Shown here piece after piece: positions 25,549-35,153 of a stretch of 55,308 bases of DNA. Below the pieces are notes generated by a model, which saw nothing but the letters and a program-made list of their open reading frames with translations, made no database searches and was not told the DNA's origin. A program made the position numbers and the translations under genes. This DNA is from a virus. The DNA lies in the IMG/VR virus record IMGVR_UViG_3300045988_083838, positions 1-55,308 of that record; one strand, 5' to 3'. Position 1 is the first letter of the stretch, and every line of letters starts with the position of its first letter.

Positions 25549-26235
25549 ATGGGAAGAATCAACTATGACGATGTAGACAAGTACGGTAACAATTTAGACA
25601 CTGAGTTTTTAAAGCTTGAAAATGATGGAGATTGTGCAACAGTGCAGTTACTTGTACATGATATGGAAGATGTTGATATATTCAACTGCCATGAAGTGCA
25701 GGTGGGAACGTATGACAACGGAAATCCTAAACTCCGTCCGGTGTCATGTTTAAGAAATTACGATGACCCATTGGATGTATGCCCATTCTGTCAGGCAGGA
25801 CTTAAAACAAAAGTCATTATGATGTTATCAATGGTTGACCAACAGGATGGCAAGATTAAGATTTGGAATCGTGGAAAGACATTTATTCCAAAGATTAAGA
25901 ATTTTATAAATCGTTGGGGAGACATGACAGAGCGACCAGTAGACATTATCAGAAATGGTAAAAAAGGAGATAAGAAAACAACTTATGATATACAGTTATC
26001 ACCGGAAGAGCCAATTGATATTTCACAATACGAAAAGCCTGAGTTTTTAGGTGGGTATATCATGGACAAGACAGCTGATGAAATGCAGGAATATCTTGAT
26101 ACAGGTTCATTTCCTGATACAGATAATAATGATAGCAATCCGGAAGATAATACACAGGTAAGACGCAGGAACACTGAACCTCTTCCATCAAGGAGAGGAG
26201 CAAGTAGAGCAACAAGCAGAAGGGCAGGTATGTAA
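25549..26235 (+). CDS. ssDNA-binding protein, gp32-like (candidate)
   Basis: The ATG at 25549 follows aaggaaaaag. Zn-ligand-like spacing (CH...C...CPFC) recalls the T4 gp32 His/Cys3 site. It sits between the primase and the polymerase. Confidence 0.5.
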   Translation: MGRINYDDVDKYGNNLDTEFLKLENDGDCATVQLLVHDMEDVDIFNCHEVQVGTYDNGNPKLRPVSCLRNYDDPLDVCPFCQAGLKTKVIMMLSMVDQQDGKIKIWNRGKTFIPKIKNFINRWGDMTERPVDIIRNGKKGDKKTTYDIQLSPEEPIDISQYEKPEFLGGYIMDKTADEMQEYLDTGSFPDTDNNDSNPEDNTQVRRRNTEPLPSRRGASRATSRRAGM

Positions 26236-26236
26236 T

Positions 26237-26359
26237 ATGGCAACAAAGAATAAGCATAGAGAAAGAAGTCATAGAAGTTTCAAAAATAAAGACATTTATA
26301 AACAGTTTGTAAGAGGAGTTCATATATTACCTCCTACATTTCTTTCACTATTTAGATAG
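26237..26359 (+). CDS. Small basic ORF (40 aa, not in ORF track; doubtful)
   Basis: It fills the SSB-PolA gap but has only a weak RBS. Confidence 0.25.
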   Translation: MATKNKHRERSHRSFKNKDIYKQFVRGVHILPPTFLSLFR

Positions 26360-26368
26360 GAGGATTAT

Positions 26369-28726
26369 ATGGCATTATCATTTGCAAGACCAAAAACAAA
26401 TGATAAGAATATAATCAAAAAATCCAAAACAGTAACAAATAGAACAAGTATTAGGAGCGGCGGAAATAATCTTGCCGCTCAAATACAATCTATAGTCGCT
26501 ATTGCTAATCAGAAATTGGCAGTACATAAGGATGATTATATTCTTATTAGAACGGAACAGGAATTGATTGAGTATGAACAGTCAATTATAAAAAATGGTG
26601 TATGTGCATTAGACACAGAAACAACAGGATTAAATCCATTATTAGTTGATTTGGTAGGTATATGTTTATATACTCCGGGGCAAAAATCGGCATATATACC
26701 ATTAGGGCATAAGTCTTATATAACAGGAGCAAAGACTAAAGACCAGTTAGATAAAAATATTATCATTGATTTTTTTAGAAGATTATTAAAGAGAAAAATC
26801 AAGTGGATAATGCACAATGCGAAGTATGATATTCGTGTTATTCGGCATTGTTTAGGTTTAGATATTCCTTGCTACTGGGATACAATGCTAGCGGCATACT
26901 GTATGGATGAAGAAGAAAGTCACAGATTGAAAGATTTACATCTTAAATATTGCAATAGCAAAGATACAGAATCTTTAACATTTGACGCATTATTCAAGGG
27001 GATAACATTCGATTATATACCTATATTGACTGCTTATTTATATGCGGCAGGTGATGCGGTAAAAACATATGAATTATATGATTATCAAAAGACACTTTTG
27101 AACAGAAGAGTTCTTTCCGGTCCATACAATGTATTTTGGAATATTGAAATGCCACTCATTCCAGTTGTGGCAGATATGGAAGATAGAGGAGTTTGCTTGG
27201 ATTTTGATGTTTGTAAGAATCTGCATGAAAAATATCATAAAATAAGAGAAGAAAGACAGAAGCAGGCAGATGAAGCTTTGGCAATGTATAAGAATGAAAT
27301 TGATAATTATAGAATGAGTTCAACTTATTCTAATACTTACCCAGATGGTTCAACTGAATATTCAAATTCACAGACAAGTAAGGGTAAAAAATATGGTCAT
27401 ACAAAAGTATCTAGTAATGCTAGTAAACTATCTGATCCTATATCATTATCAAGCCCAACTCAGCTTGCAATATTGTTTTATGACATCTTAGGATTAGAAA
27501 GTCCAGACAAAAAAGCACCTAGAGGAACAGGTGAAGATATTCTAAAACACTTTGCACAAGGGAAAGAAAAGAATCTATGTGAAGCTATTTTAGGAATGAG
27601 AAATGTGGAAAAGTTGTTGGGAACTTACATTGATAAAATGCCGGAAATTGCATTAGAAGATGGAAGAGTTCATGCAAGCTATAATCAGTATGGAGCAAAG
27701 ACAGGACGATTCAGTTCACAGGATCCAAACCTTCAGAATATCCCTTCACACAACAAAGAAATACGTCATATGTTCAAAGCACAAGATGGGTATGTACTTA
27801 TAGGGTCGGATTTCAGTCAGCAGGAGCCAATGGTAACAGCTCATTTATCTAACGACAAAAAAATGCAGGAAGCATTTATAAATGGTAAGGATATTTATGC
27901 GACAATCGCCGCACTTGCATTTCATAAATCTTATGAAGAGTGTAAAGAGTTTAGAGAAGATGGAACAGTAAATCCGGCTGGAAAAGAAAGAAGAACACAA
28001 GCTAAGAGCATAGTTCTTGGAATTTTGTATGGAAGACAAATTCCTTCAATTGCAGAACAGCTAGGAGTTTCAACAAAGGAAGCACAAGCCATATATGATA
28101 AGGTTATAGCTTCATTCCCTGCACTCGGTCAATTCATCGAAGATTCCCAAGAAATGGCAAGAATTGAAGGATATGTAACCACCGCATGGGGTAGACGTAG
28201 ACATTTACATGATATGCAGTTAGAACGATATGAATTTTCTTATAGTGGAAAAGTAACTAATTTTGACCCGCTGGCATTTGGAAGTGAAGTATCAACAGAA
28301 GTTCCTAAGAAAGTAAAAGACACTTACATCAAACAACTTGATAAAGCGTTTGGCTGGAAGAAGAAAAATGATATAATTCAAAAAGCATTAGCTGAAGGAA
28401 TTAAGATCAAGGATAATGGTGGATTTATAGCACAGGCAGAAAGACAATGTGTTAATGCAAGAGTACAAGGTTCAGCCGCAGATATAACAAAGCTCGCTAT
28501 GATTGCAATAAACAATGATGAAAGAATGAAAGAACTTGATTTCCATTTGCTGATACAGGTACATGATGAGGTAATAGGCGAATGTCCTATTGAAAATGCA
28601 AAGGAAGCAGGAGAAAGACTTTCATATCTTATGAGAACTGCACCTAGTCATTTGATTAAACTTCCATTCAAGTGTGATGTAGATTTCACTAAGAATTGGT
28701 ACGGGGAAGAAGTTGAAATAAATTAA
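26369..28726 (+). CDS. polA: Family A DNA polymerase (Pol I-like) with a 3'-5' exonuclease domain
   Basis: Exo I (ALDTETTGL), motif A (LIGSDFSQQEP), motif B (RRTQAKSIVLGILYG), motif C (LIQVHDEV). Confidence 0.95.
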   Translation: MALSFARPKTNDKNIIKKSKTVTNRTSIRSGGNNLAAQIQSIVAIANQKLAVHKDDYILIRTEQELIEYEQSIIKNGVCALDTETTGLNPLLVDLVGICLYTPGQKSAYIPLGHKSYITGAKTKDQLDKNIIIDFFRRLLKRKIKWIMHNAKYDIRVIRHCLGLDIPCYWDTMLAAYCMDEEESHRLKDLHLKYCNSKDTESLTFDALFKGITFDYIPILTAYLYAAGDAVKTYELYDYQKTLLNRRVLSGPYNVFWNIEMPLIPVVADMEDRGVCLDFDVCKNLHEKYHKIREERQKQADEALAMYKNEIDNYRMSSTYSNTYPDGSTEYSNSQTSKGKKYGHTKVSSNASKLSDPISLSSPTQLAILFYDILGLESPDKKAPRGTGEDILKHFAQGKEKNLCEAILGMRNVEKLLGTYIDKMPEIALEDGRVHASYNQYGAKTGRFSSQDPNLQNIPSHNKEIRHMFKAQDGYVLIGSDFSQQEPMVTAHLSNDKKMQEAFINGKDIYATIAALAFHKSYEECKEFREDGTVNPAGKERRTQAKSIVLGILYGRQIPSIAEQLGVSTKEAQAIYDKVIASFPALGQFIEDSQEMARIEGYVTTAWGRRRHLHDMQLERYEFSYSGKVTNFDPLAFGSEVSTEVPKKVKDTYIKQLDKAFGWKKKNDIIQKALAEGIKIKDNGGFIAQAERQCVNARVQGSAADITKLAMIAINNDERMKELDFHLLIQVHDEVIGECPIENAKEAGERLSYLMRTAPSHLIKLPFKCDVDFTKNWYGEEVEIN

Positions 28727-28745
28727 GAAAATTTGAAATTTTCTA

Positions 28746-28774
28746 TTGAAATCTTCATTTTTATGTGTTACAAT
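28746..28774 (+). promoter_or_regulatory. Sigma-A-type promoter (cassette variant) of the DNA-modification operon
   Basis: TTGAAA, 17 nt, TGtTACAAT. Confidence 0.75.
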
Positions 28775-28822
28775 ATAATAGAAGTTAATAGATAAGCAAA
28801 AATATAAAGGAGGTAACGTAAT

Positions 28823-29170
28823 ATGTTCATGGTATCAAGTGTTTCTTATTTCGATTTTATACACAGATACAAAGATGCACCTAAGGAGGTGAATTATTTA
28901 GCTAATTTGCATCGTCATTTGCTCAATATTGAAACGACTGTAGAAGTATTTAATACAGACCGAGAAATAGAGTTTTATATGATGAAGGATAAAATTGACG
29001 ATGCGCTGAAGAAACATAAATTTGACGAAAATGCTAGTTGTGAAGATGTCTGTGTATTTGTTATGGATGTCGTAACCGAATCTTATGGTGTTCATAGATA
29101 CCGCAAGGTTAAGGTGCAAGAAGATAATAACGGATTTGCAACATTGATAAAGGAGGCTAACGAAGAATGA
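28823..29170 (+). CDS. Divergent T-fold / QueD (PTPS)-like paralogue lacking the catalytic Cys
   Basis: FIHRY..NLHRHLLNIETTVEV..REIEFYMMKDKI aligns with QueD at 31693 (GAHQL..KLHGHNWIITVYC..GMIVDFTKIKKEI). The three His are kept and the Cys is replaced. Confidence 0.55.
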   Translation: MFMVSSVSYFDFIHRYKDAPKEVNYLANLHRHLLNIETTVEVFNTDREIEFYMMKDKIDDALKKHKFDENASCEDVCVFVMDVVTESYGVHRYRKVKVQEDNNGFATLIKEANEE

Positions 29171-29637
29171 GAATATGGGTAGGAAAGGAACAGGAGGGAC
29201 GTTATAAAGGTATTTATACGATGTTCGTCGAAAGTAACAAGATAAATATGTGTACTTTAAGAATTATAATAGATACCCTCAAAGATTATCCTACAATTAG
29301 TGCACTATACTTCGGTGCCGGCAGAAAAAATGTGCGCACCATATCTAAAGATTGTATTGATATGTTAAAAGACTTAAGAAAGAAATATATATTATCAATA
29401 GAATTTGATAAATATGGCACTGATGCACCAAATTTATTTGAATTTGATAATAATATATTTAGAACGATGTGTGAGCCCTTAAATTACAATAATGTATCTA
29501 TAAAGATCGATACGAATAAAGACGTGTTTTCTCAATCTATTGAATGCATGTTCAAGACCAATTTAAAGGAGTTGGATGATTTCAGATTTGTTGGAACCGA
29601 TAAACTTGTATATAAAAGTATTAAGGAGGAAGATTGA
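29167..29637 (+). CDS. Hypothetical protein (orphan within the modification operon)
   Basis: 156-aa ORF. Its start overlaps the upstream stop (ATGA). I recognise no motif. Confidence 0.65.
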   Translation: MRIWVGKEQEGRYKGIYTMFVESNKINMCTLRIIIDTLKDYPTISALYFGAGRKNVRTISKDCIDMLKDLRKKYILSIEFDKYGTDAPNLFEFDNNIFRTMCEPLNYNNVSIKIDTNKDVFSQSIECMFKTNLKELDDFRFVGTDKLVYKSIKEED

Positions 29638-29638
29638 T

Positions 29639-30757
29639 ATGTTATACTATTTACCGTTGGAGCCATATATTGAAAGATATACTTATTTAATGTCTGCTAA
29701 AGACGGATGGGCAGAGGAAAATTTCAAAAGATATAATGTACCTTTCGTAAGAGTGGATGGAAAGAGCTTAGGAAATACAATCAAAACTGGTGTTGTATTA
29801 GATGCTTGTGGCAGAAGTTATTATGCGCTGTCTCAAATTCAGCAACTTATAAATTTAATAAATGATGGAAAGGTTAAAGATAATGATGTAATATATGTGG
29901 AAGATTTTTGGCACCCTGGCATTGAAAGTTTATTTTATATTAGACATCTTTGTGGAATCAATTTCAAAATAGGAACCTTTATTCATGCACAGTCAGTAGA
30001 TGACACAGATTTTTCTTATGCTATGAGATATTGGATGCGCCCTATTGAAACAGGTTTTGGAAGACAATATGATTTCATATTTACATGCTCTGATATTCTT
30101 AGAAATTTGTGTCTAGACTCTGGTATTACAACACCTGAAAGAATACACACAGTAGGACTTCCTTATAACTCTGCTGTACTTCTTAAACAGATAGAAGACA
30201 TGGGATTCGTTGGAATGAATTGTAAGAAAGAGGACTATGTATTGTTTTCCTCTAGATTTGATGATGAGAAGGACCCAATGTTTTTCTTAGATTTGGTAGA
30301 AGCTTGTCCAAATGTAGAATTTCGCCTTGTAAACCCAAGAAAGGACAGACCTATAACTTCTAATAAGAAAGTTATAGACAGGCTGAATAACACATTAAAG
30401 ACTTGTTCAAATTTTAAGATTATTGAGACTTATGATAAGATTTCTTATTATAATGCACTTGCAAAAGCAAAGATAGTATTTAATTGTGCTAATCAGGATT
30501 GGGTGAGCTGGACATTATTGGAGGCGGTTACGTTCAAGTGTTTACCTTTATATCCTGTATGGAAAGATTTTCCTTTAGAACTTAATTATGATAATAGATT
30601 TCTATATCAGAAAAGAAATCTTAATGATTGTATAGCTAAATTAACAAAATTGTTAAAAACTGATTTCAACGATGTATCTGTAGATTTAGATTGCATAATC
30701 AATAAACATGATGCTAGTTGGAAGAAATTTTTACAGATAATGGGGGAAATTAACTGA
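29639..30757 (+). CDS. GT-B fold glycosyltransferase-like protein
   Basis: The ATG at 29639 follows aaggagga. Two Rossmann-like halves. The C-terminal VSWTLLEAVTFKCLPLYP resembles the GT4/GT1 donor-binding motif (fG..llEAma.G.Pvi). Confidence 0.55.
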   Translation: MLYYLPLEPYIERYTYLMSAKDGWAEENFKRYNVPFVRVDGKSLGNTIKTGVVLDACGRSYYALSQIQQLINLINDGKVKDNDVIYVEDFWHPGIESLFYIRHLCGINFKIGTFIHAQSVDDTDFSYAMRYWMRPIETGFGRQYDFIFTCSDILRNLCLDSGITTPERIHTVGLPYNSAVLLKQIEDMGFVGMNCKKEDYVLFSSRFDDEKDPMFFLDLVEACPNVEFRLVNPRKDRPITSNKKVIDRLNNTLKTCSNFKIIETYDKISYYNALAKAKIVFNCANQDWVSWTLLEAVTFKCLPLYPVWKDFPLELNYDNRFLYQKRNLNDCIAKLTKLLKTDFNDVSVDLDCIINKHDASWKKFLQIMGEIN

Positions 30758-31671
30758 TGTCTTTTAACTTATATTTTGCAGGACAGCAAGCTAAAGAAGT
30801 TGACCAGTATATTATCAAGAAAAAATGTTGTAGATTATTTTCTCAATCTAATGAACGTAAAGGAATACTAGAGTATTGTTCTTTGTGTAGAAAGAGTAGA
30901 CCTAAACTGCTTGTAGATAGTGGAGCATTTTCAGTAGCACATTCAGGTAAATCTGTAGATATCGACCAATATATAGATTTTATAAATGAAAACGATGACG
31001 GGGTAACCGCTTGGGTTGAGTTGGATTCTATTCCGTTTCCTGTTTTAAATTCTACGACAGCGAAGAAGTGCTCTGAAGAGTCCTGGCAGTCTTATCTTTA
31101 TATGTTATCAAAAGTTAAAAGTCCGGAAAAACTTATTCCGATTTATCATTTTGGTGAACCTAAAGAAAATCTAAGAAGAATACTCAATACAGAACACGAA
31201 ATACTTGATTGGAAACCTGCTCCTTATATTGGAGTAGGTGGACGTCACGGCGTTTCTACTCAAGAACAACTACATTATTTCGACGATGTATTTAAGATTG
31301 TTAAAGCAAGTAAAAATCCAAATGTTAAGATTCATGCATTTGGAATGACTGTATTAACATTATTAGAACAGTTTCCTTTTTATAGCGCAGACTCGACAAC
31401 ATGGCTCCAACTAGGCATCAATGGAAATATAATAACAGAACATGGAATATTCGTCGTTAGTGATAGAAATAAAACATCAAATAATATTCTAAATCAACAT
31501 GATAAATGCAGAAAAATAGTTGAAAAAGATATAGGTAAATTTGGTTATACATTGGAAGAAGTAAGCACTGATTACAAGAAAAGACTTATGTGCAACATAG
31601 ATTTCTTTCAGGACTGGGCAGATAATTATAAATATAAGCCATTAAGCGTTCGTAGAAGACGCCTAATATAA
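30757..31671 (+). CDS. dpdA: DpdA-type DNA-guanine transglycosylase (TGT-like)
   Basis: LLVDSGAFS, IGVGGRHG, IHAFGMT and ADSTTW match the bacterial and phage DpdA blocks (ALDSGGF, IGVGSVC, LHGFG, ADSMAW). Confidence 0.8.
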   Translation: MSFNLYFAGQQAKEVDQYIIKKKCCRLFSQSNERKGILEYCSLCRKSRPKLLVDSGAFSVAHSGKSVDIDQYIDFINENDDGVTAWVELDSIPFPVLNSTTAKKCSEESWQSYLYMLSKVKSPEKLIPIYHFGEPKENLRRILNTEHEILDWKPAPYIGVGGRHGVSTQEQLHYFDDVFKIVKASKNPNVKIHAFGMTVLTLLEQFPFYSADSTTWLQLGINGNIITEHGIFVVSDRNKTSNNILNQHDKCRKIVEKDIGKFGYTLEEVSTDYKKRLMCNIDFFQDWADNYKYKPLSVRRRRLI

Positions 31672-31692
31672 TTAAAAGGAGGATTAAAAAAT

Positions 31693-32046
31693 ATGTATTA
31701 TGTATCAAAAAGAATGGAAATAGCAGGAGCCCATCAGTTAAAGTTACCTTATGATAGTAAGTGTGAGAAACTACATGGGCATAATTGGATAATTACTGTT
31801 TATTGTAAATCAGACAAGCTCACTGATTATGGGATGATTGTAGATTTTACAAAGATCAAGAAAGAGATACATGACAAGCTAGATCATTCTTGTATAAATG
31901 ATGTTGTGTACCCGCTCAATCCCACCGCCGAGAACATGGCAAGATGGATATGTAAAAGAGTTTCAGATATTTGTGAAGTTGGAGTGTGTTATAAGGTAGA
32001 AGTACAAGAAAGCGAAGGAAATATTGCTACCTATGTGGAGGATTAA
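31693..32046 (+). CDS. queD: 6-carboxy-5,6,7,8-tetrahydropterin synthase
   Basis: CEKLHGHNW, GMIVDF, 117 aa. Confidence 0.9.
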   Translation: MYYVSKRMEIAGAHQLKLPYDSKCEKLHGHNWIITVYCKSDKLTDYGMIVDFTKIKKEIHDKLDHSCINDVVYPLNPTAENMARWICKRVSDICEVGVCYKVEVQESEGNIATYVED

Positions 32047-32048
32047 AT

Positions 32049-32693
32049 ATGAAAGTAGTAGAAATATTTAAAAGTATTGACGGTGAGGGTAAGCGGGCAG
32101 GCTTACCTACCACATTCATAAGATTATTTGGGTGCAATTTGAATTGCTCTTATTGTGATACAAGATATGGTTGTGAAGGAGAAGGATATTCAATCATGAG
32201 TATTCTACAGATTGTCAGTGCAGTGGAAAGATGTGGTATTCATTCAGTGACAATAACTGGCGGAGAACCTCTTGTACACCCAGGCATTGATAAACTTGTT
32301 CATATATTATTAGAAAAAGGTTATTGGGTAAATATTGAGACTAATGGCTCGCAGTACATTGGAAAATTTCCATCAAGCCCTCTTTTATTCTTTACAATGG
32401 ACTATAAATGCCCGTCGAGTGGCATGGAAAATCATATGGATTGTCGTAACTTTGAATTACTATTCAAAAATGATGTGCTTAAATTTGTTGTAGGTAGTCA
32501 GGAAGATTTGAATAAAGCGTTACAGGTTATTGAGAAATATAATCCGCAGGCACAGATATATTTTAGCCCAGTATTTGGTGAAATTGAACCTTCCGAAATT
32601 GTTGATTTCATTTTAGATAAGAAATTGGATAATTGTAAGGTACAGTTGCAAATGCATAAGATAATTTGGGAACCAAATAAGAGAGGAGTATAA
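32049..32693 (+). CDS. queE: 7-carboxy-7-deazaguanine synthase (radical SAM)
   Basis: [31 protein letters not shown]. Confidence 0.9.
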   Translation: MKVVEIFKSIDGEGKRAGLPTTFIRLFGCNLNCSYCDTRYGCEGEGYSIMSILQIVSAVERCGIHSVTITGGEPLVHPGIDKLVHILLEKGYWVNIETNGSQYIGKFPSSPLLFFTMDYKCPSSGMENHMDCRNFELLFKNDVLKFVVGSQEDLNKALQVIEKYNPQAQIYFSPVFGEIEPSEIVDFILDKKLDNCKVQLQMHKIIWEPNKRGV

Positions 32694-32694
32694 A

Positions 32695-33267
32695 ATGATA
32701 GATAAGAAAAGAATTGAAAATGCAGTAAAAGAAATCTTAATTGCTTTAGGAGATAATCCAGATAGACCAGGACTTGTAGATACACCTCATAGAGTAGCTA
32801 AGATGTATGAAGAAGTATTTGAAGGAATGAATTACACGAACGAGGAGATTGCAGAAAAATTCTGTAAATGTTTTGATACAAATAATAATGATCTTGTTGT
32901 TGTAAAGGATATTCCAATCTTCAGTTATTGTGAACATCATTTAGCTTTGATGTATAATATGAGTGTGTCTATTGCGTATATCCCAAATGGAAAGGTATTA
33001 GGACTGAGTAAGTTCGCTCGAATTGCGGATATGGTTGGAAAGCGTTTACAGCTTCAGGAAAGAATAGGTTCCGATATAGCGGATATTATCCAGCTGGCTA
33101 CAGATTCTCAGGATGTGCTTGTTCTTGTTGAGGGGGAGCATAGTTGTATGACAGCAAGAGGTATTAAGAGTCGAGGAGCTAAAACAAGAACCGCGACAAT
33201 TCGTGGATTATTTGAGTCTAATGTAGAGCTTCGTAAAGAAGCATACTCTTTAATGAGTTTGAAATAA
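32695..33267 (+). CDS. folE: GTP cyclohydrolase I
   Basis: [50 protein letters not shown]. Confidence 0.95.
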   Translation: MIDKKRIENAVKEILIALGDNPDRPGLVDTPHRVAKMYEEVFEGMNYTNEEIAEKFCKCFDTNNNDLVVVKDIPIFSYCEHHLALMYNMSVSIAYIPNGKVLGLSKFARIADMVGKRLQLQERIGSDIADIIQLATDSQDVLVLVEGEHSCMTARGIKSRGAKTRTATIRGLFESNVELRKEAYSLMSLK

Positions 33268-33281
33268 AGGAGGATTAAAAA

Positions 33282-34376
33282 ATGAAAGTAGTAACAAGCA
33301 GAATGAAAGAAGCAGTAAATAAGGCAATTAAGGGAGCCGGATTTAATAATCTTATTCCTATTACATCAATGATAGGTATTAAATTATCAGATGGAAAATT
33401 GAGATTGCTTACAACAGATATGACTAATACATTATGTATTATCATTGACAAAGTAGCTGGGGATGATATGGACATCACAGTAGATGCCGATAAGTTTGGA
33501 AAGCTGATTGCAAAGACAACTTCGGAAGATATTGACTTGTCTGTAAAGGATGATGTTCTTTTTGTAAAAGCAAACGGAACTTATAAGATACCATTGATTT
33601 CAGACGAGGAAGGACTTATCTCATTCCCAGATATTAAGCCAATGGACGATAAAAATGTACAGTGTTCAACCAAACTTTCAAGTGTTATGCAGGCTTATAA
33701 TATCAATAAGTCAGCTCTTGCAAAAACATTAGAAAATCCTGCATTGACCGGTTACTATTGTGGAGATACTGTTATCACAACTGATGCAAATGTAATCACA
33801 TTCAATGGCTTTAAGATGTTTGATAATGACGAACCTATTCTTATTTCTGCCCAGCAGATGCAGTTATTGACACTGAATACAAAGGAAGATATTGAAGTAT
33901 ATATCGGAAAAACAGGTATTCAGTTCGTAACAGAAGATGTGGTTATTGATGGGGCATTGATGGAAGGAATTGAAGATTTCCCTGCAAATGAAGTAAACGC
34001 ATATCTTGATGAAGCATTTACGTCTTCTTGTAAAGTACCAAAGGACTTACTTCTTTCCGTGCTTGATCGTCTTGCATTATTCATTGAACCATATGACAAG
34101 AATGGAGCATATTTCACATTTGGAAGAAAGGGAATCAATATTCACAGTAAAAAGGACGCATCTACAGAAACCATCAACTATGTGGAAAGTAAGGACTTTG
34201 CTCCGTTTGTATGTTGTGTAGATATTCCAATGTTAAAGGAGCAGTTGCAGGCTAATCCGGATGATACAGTGAAGATCTGTTACGGAAATGAAAATGCATT
34301 GAAGATTGAGAGTGGAAAAGTAACACAGGTTATAGCTCTACTTGAAGATGAAGAACTTGACAATATGACAGAATAA
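33282..34376 (+). CDS. dnaN: DNA polymerase sliding clamp (DnaN/beta-like)
   Basis: 364 aa. The N-terminus has beta-clamp-like architecture (LRLLTTDMTNTL..., three repeated domains by length). It co-occurs with clamp-loader genes. Confidence 0.7.
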   Translation: MKVVTSRMKEAVNKAIKGAGFNNLIPITSMIGIKLSDGKLRLLTTDMTNTLCIIIDKVAGDDMDITVDADKFGKLIAKTTSEDIDLSVKDDVLFVKANGTYKIPLISDEEGLISFPDIKPMDDKNVQCSTKLSSVMQAYNINKSALAKTLENPALTGYYCGDTVITTDANVITFNGFKMFDNDEPILISAQQMQLLTLNTKEDIEVYIGKTGIQFVTEDVVIDGALMEGIEDFPANEVNAYLDEAFTSSCKVPKDLLLSVLDRLALFIEPYDKNGAYFTFGRKGINIHSKKDASTETINYVESKDFAPFVCCVDIPMLKEQLQANPDDTVKICYGNENALKIESGKVTQVIALLEDEELDNMTE

Positions 34377-34428
34377 TTATATAATATAAAAGTGTTGATT
34401 CCATTGGCATTGGACGATTAATATTATT

Positions 34429-34460
34429 AGATGGTTAGTTTTTAACTAACCATCTTTTTT
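34429..34460 (+). terminator. Rho-independent terminator
   Basis: 12-bp stem (agatggttagtt / aactaaccatct), then tttttt. Confidence 0.85.
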
Positions 34461-34480
34461 AGTTTATTTTAAAAAATCAC

Positions 34481-34509
34481 TTGCATTTTATTTTTTTATG
34501 TGTTACAAT
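34481..34509 (+). promoter_or_regulatory. Sigma-A-type promoter (cassette variant)
   Basis: aaaaaatcacTTGCAT, 17 nt, TGtTACAAT. Confidence 0.8.
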
Positions 34510-34550
34510 ATATACAAGTTAAGAGATAAACAAAAAGGAGGATACATAGT

Positions 34551-34742
34551 ATGAAAAGAGCAAATACAGTGCAGGAAAGAAGACAGGAATGGAAAGATAA
34601 ATATTTTAATAAATATTCAAATGATGTTACTAGATTAATTGTTTTACAAAAACAGAGCGAACAACTCAGGGAAGAGTTAGAGGTATTAAAAAAGAAAAAC
34701 GAAGAACTTCGTAAGAAGTTAGATTTATTAAGAAATAATTAA
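34551..34742 (+). CDS. Small coiled-coil protein
   Basis: 63 aa, RBS aaaggagga, charged heptads. Confidence 0.55.
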   Translation: MKRANTVQERRQEWKDKYFNKYSNDVTRLIVLQKQSEQLREELEVLKKKNEELRKKLDLLRNN

Positions 34743-34757
34743 AAGGAGTTAAAATAT

Positions 34758-35153
34758 ATGGATTACAAAAAGTTAATTGAAATAATTAGAAATAGTGATT
34801 GTATAGACTTTGGAATTAGACATTTATGCAAGGATGAAAAGTACAATGTAGGGGATGAGGCAAGAAATTCATATGATTGGGATTATGTGTGTGATTGTAG
34901 TACATATGATACGGATGATCCTGTTGAGCTTATGGGAGTATGTGCTTATGACACTTGTATTGATAGTATATCAGATACAGATGAACAGATTATTAAAAAG
35001 TTAGAAGATGCACTGAATAACTCAAAATGTTATGATGGAAATAATGTAGTTTTGTTAGGTTGTGGTTGGGTTACTTATGGTACAGACTCCAAAGAAATTA
35101 TAATGCCAGAGGCTACAGTGTTATATAAATTTGAGGAGTGTAATAATGAGTAG
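34758..35153 (+). CDS. Acidic Cys-rich hypothetical protein
   Basis: 131 aa, RBS aaaggag. Confidence 0.6.
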   Translation: MDYKKLIEIIRNSDCIDFGIRHLCKDEKYNVGDEARNSYDWDYVCDCSTYDTDDPVELMGVCAYDTCIDSISDTDEQIIKKLEDALNNSKCYDGNNVVLLGCGWVTYGTDSKEIIMPEATVLYKFEECNNE

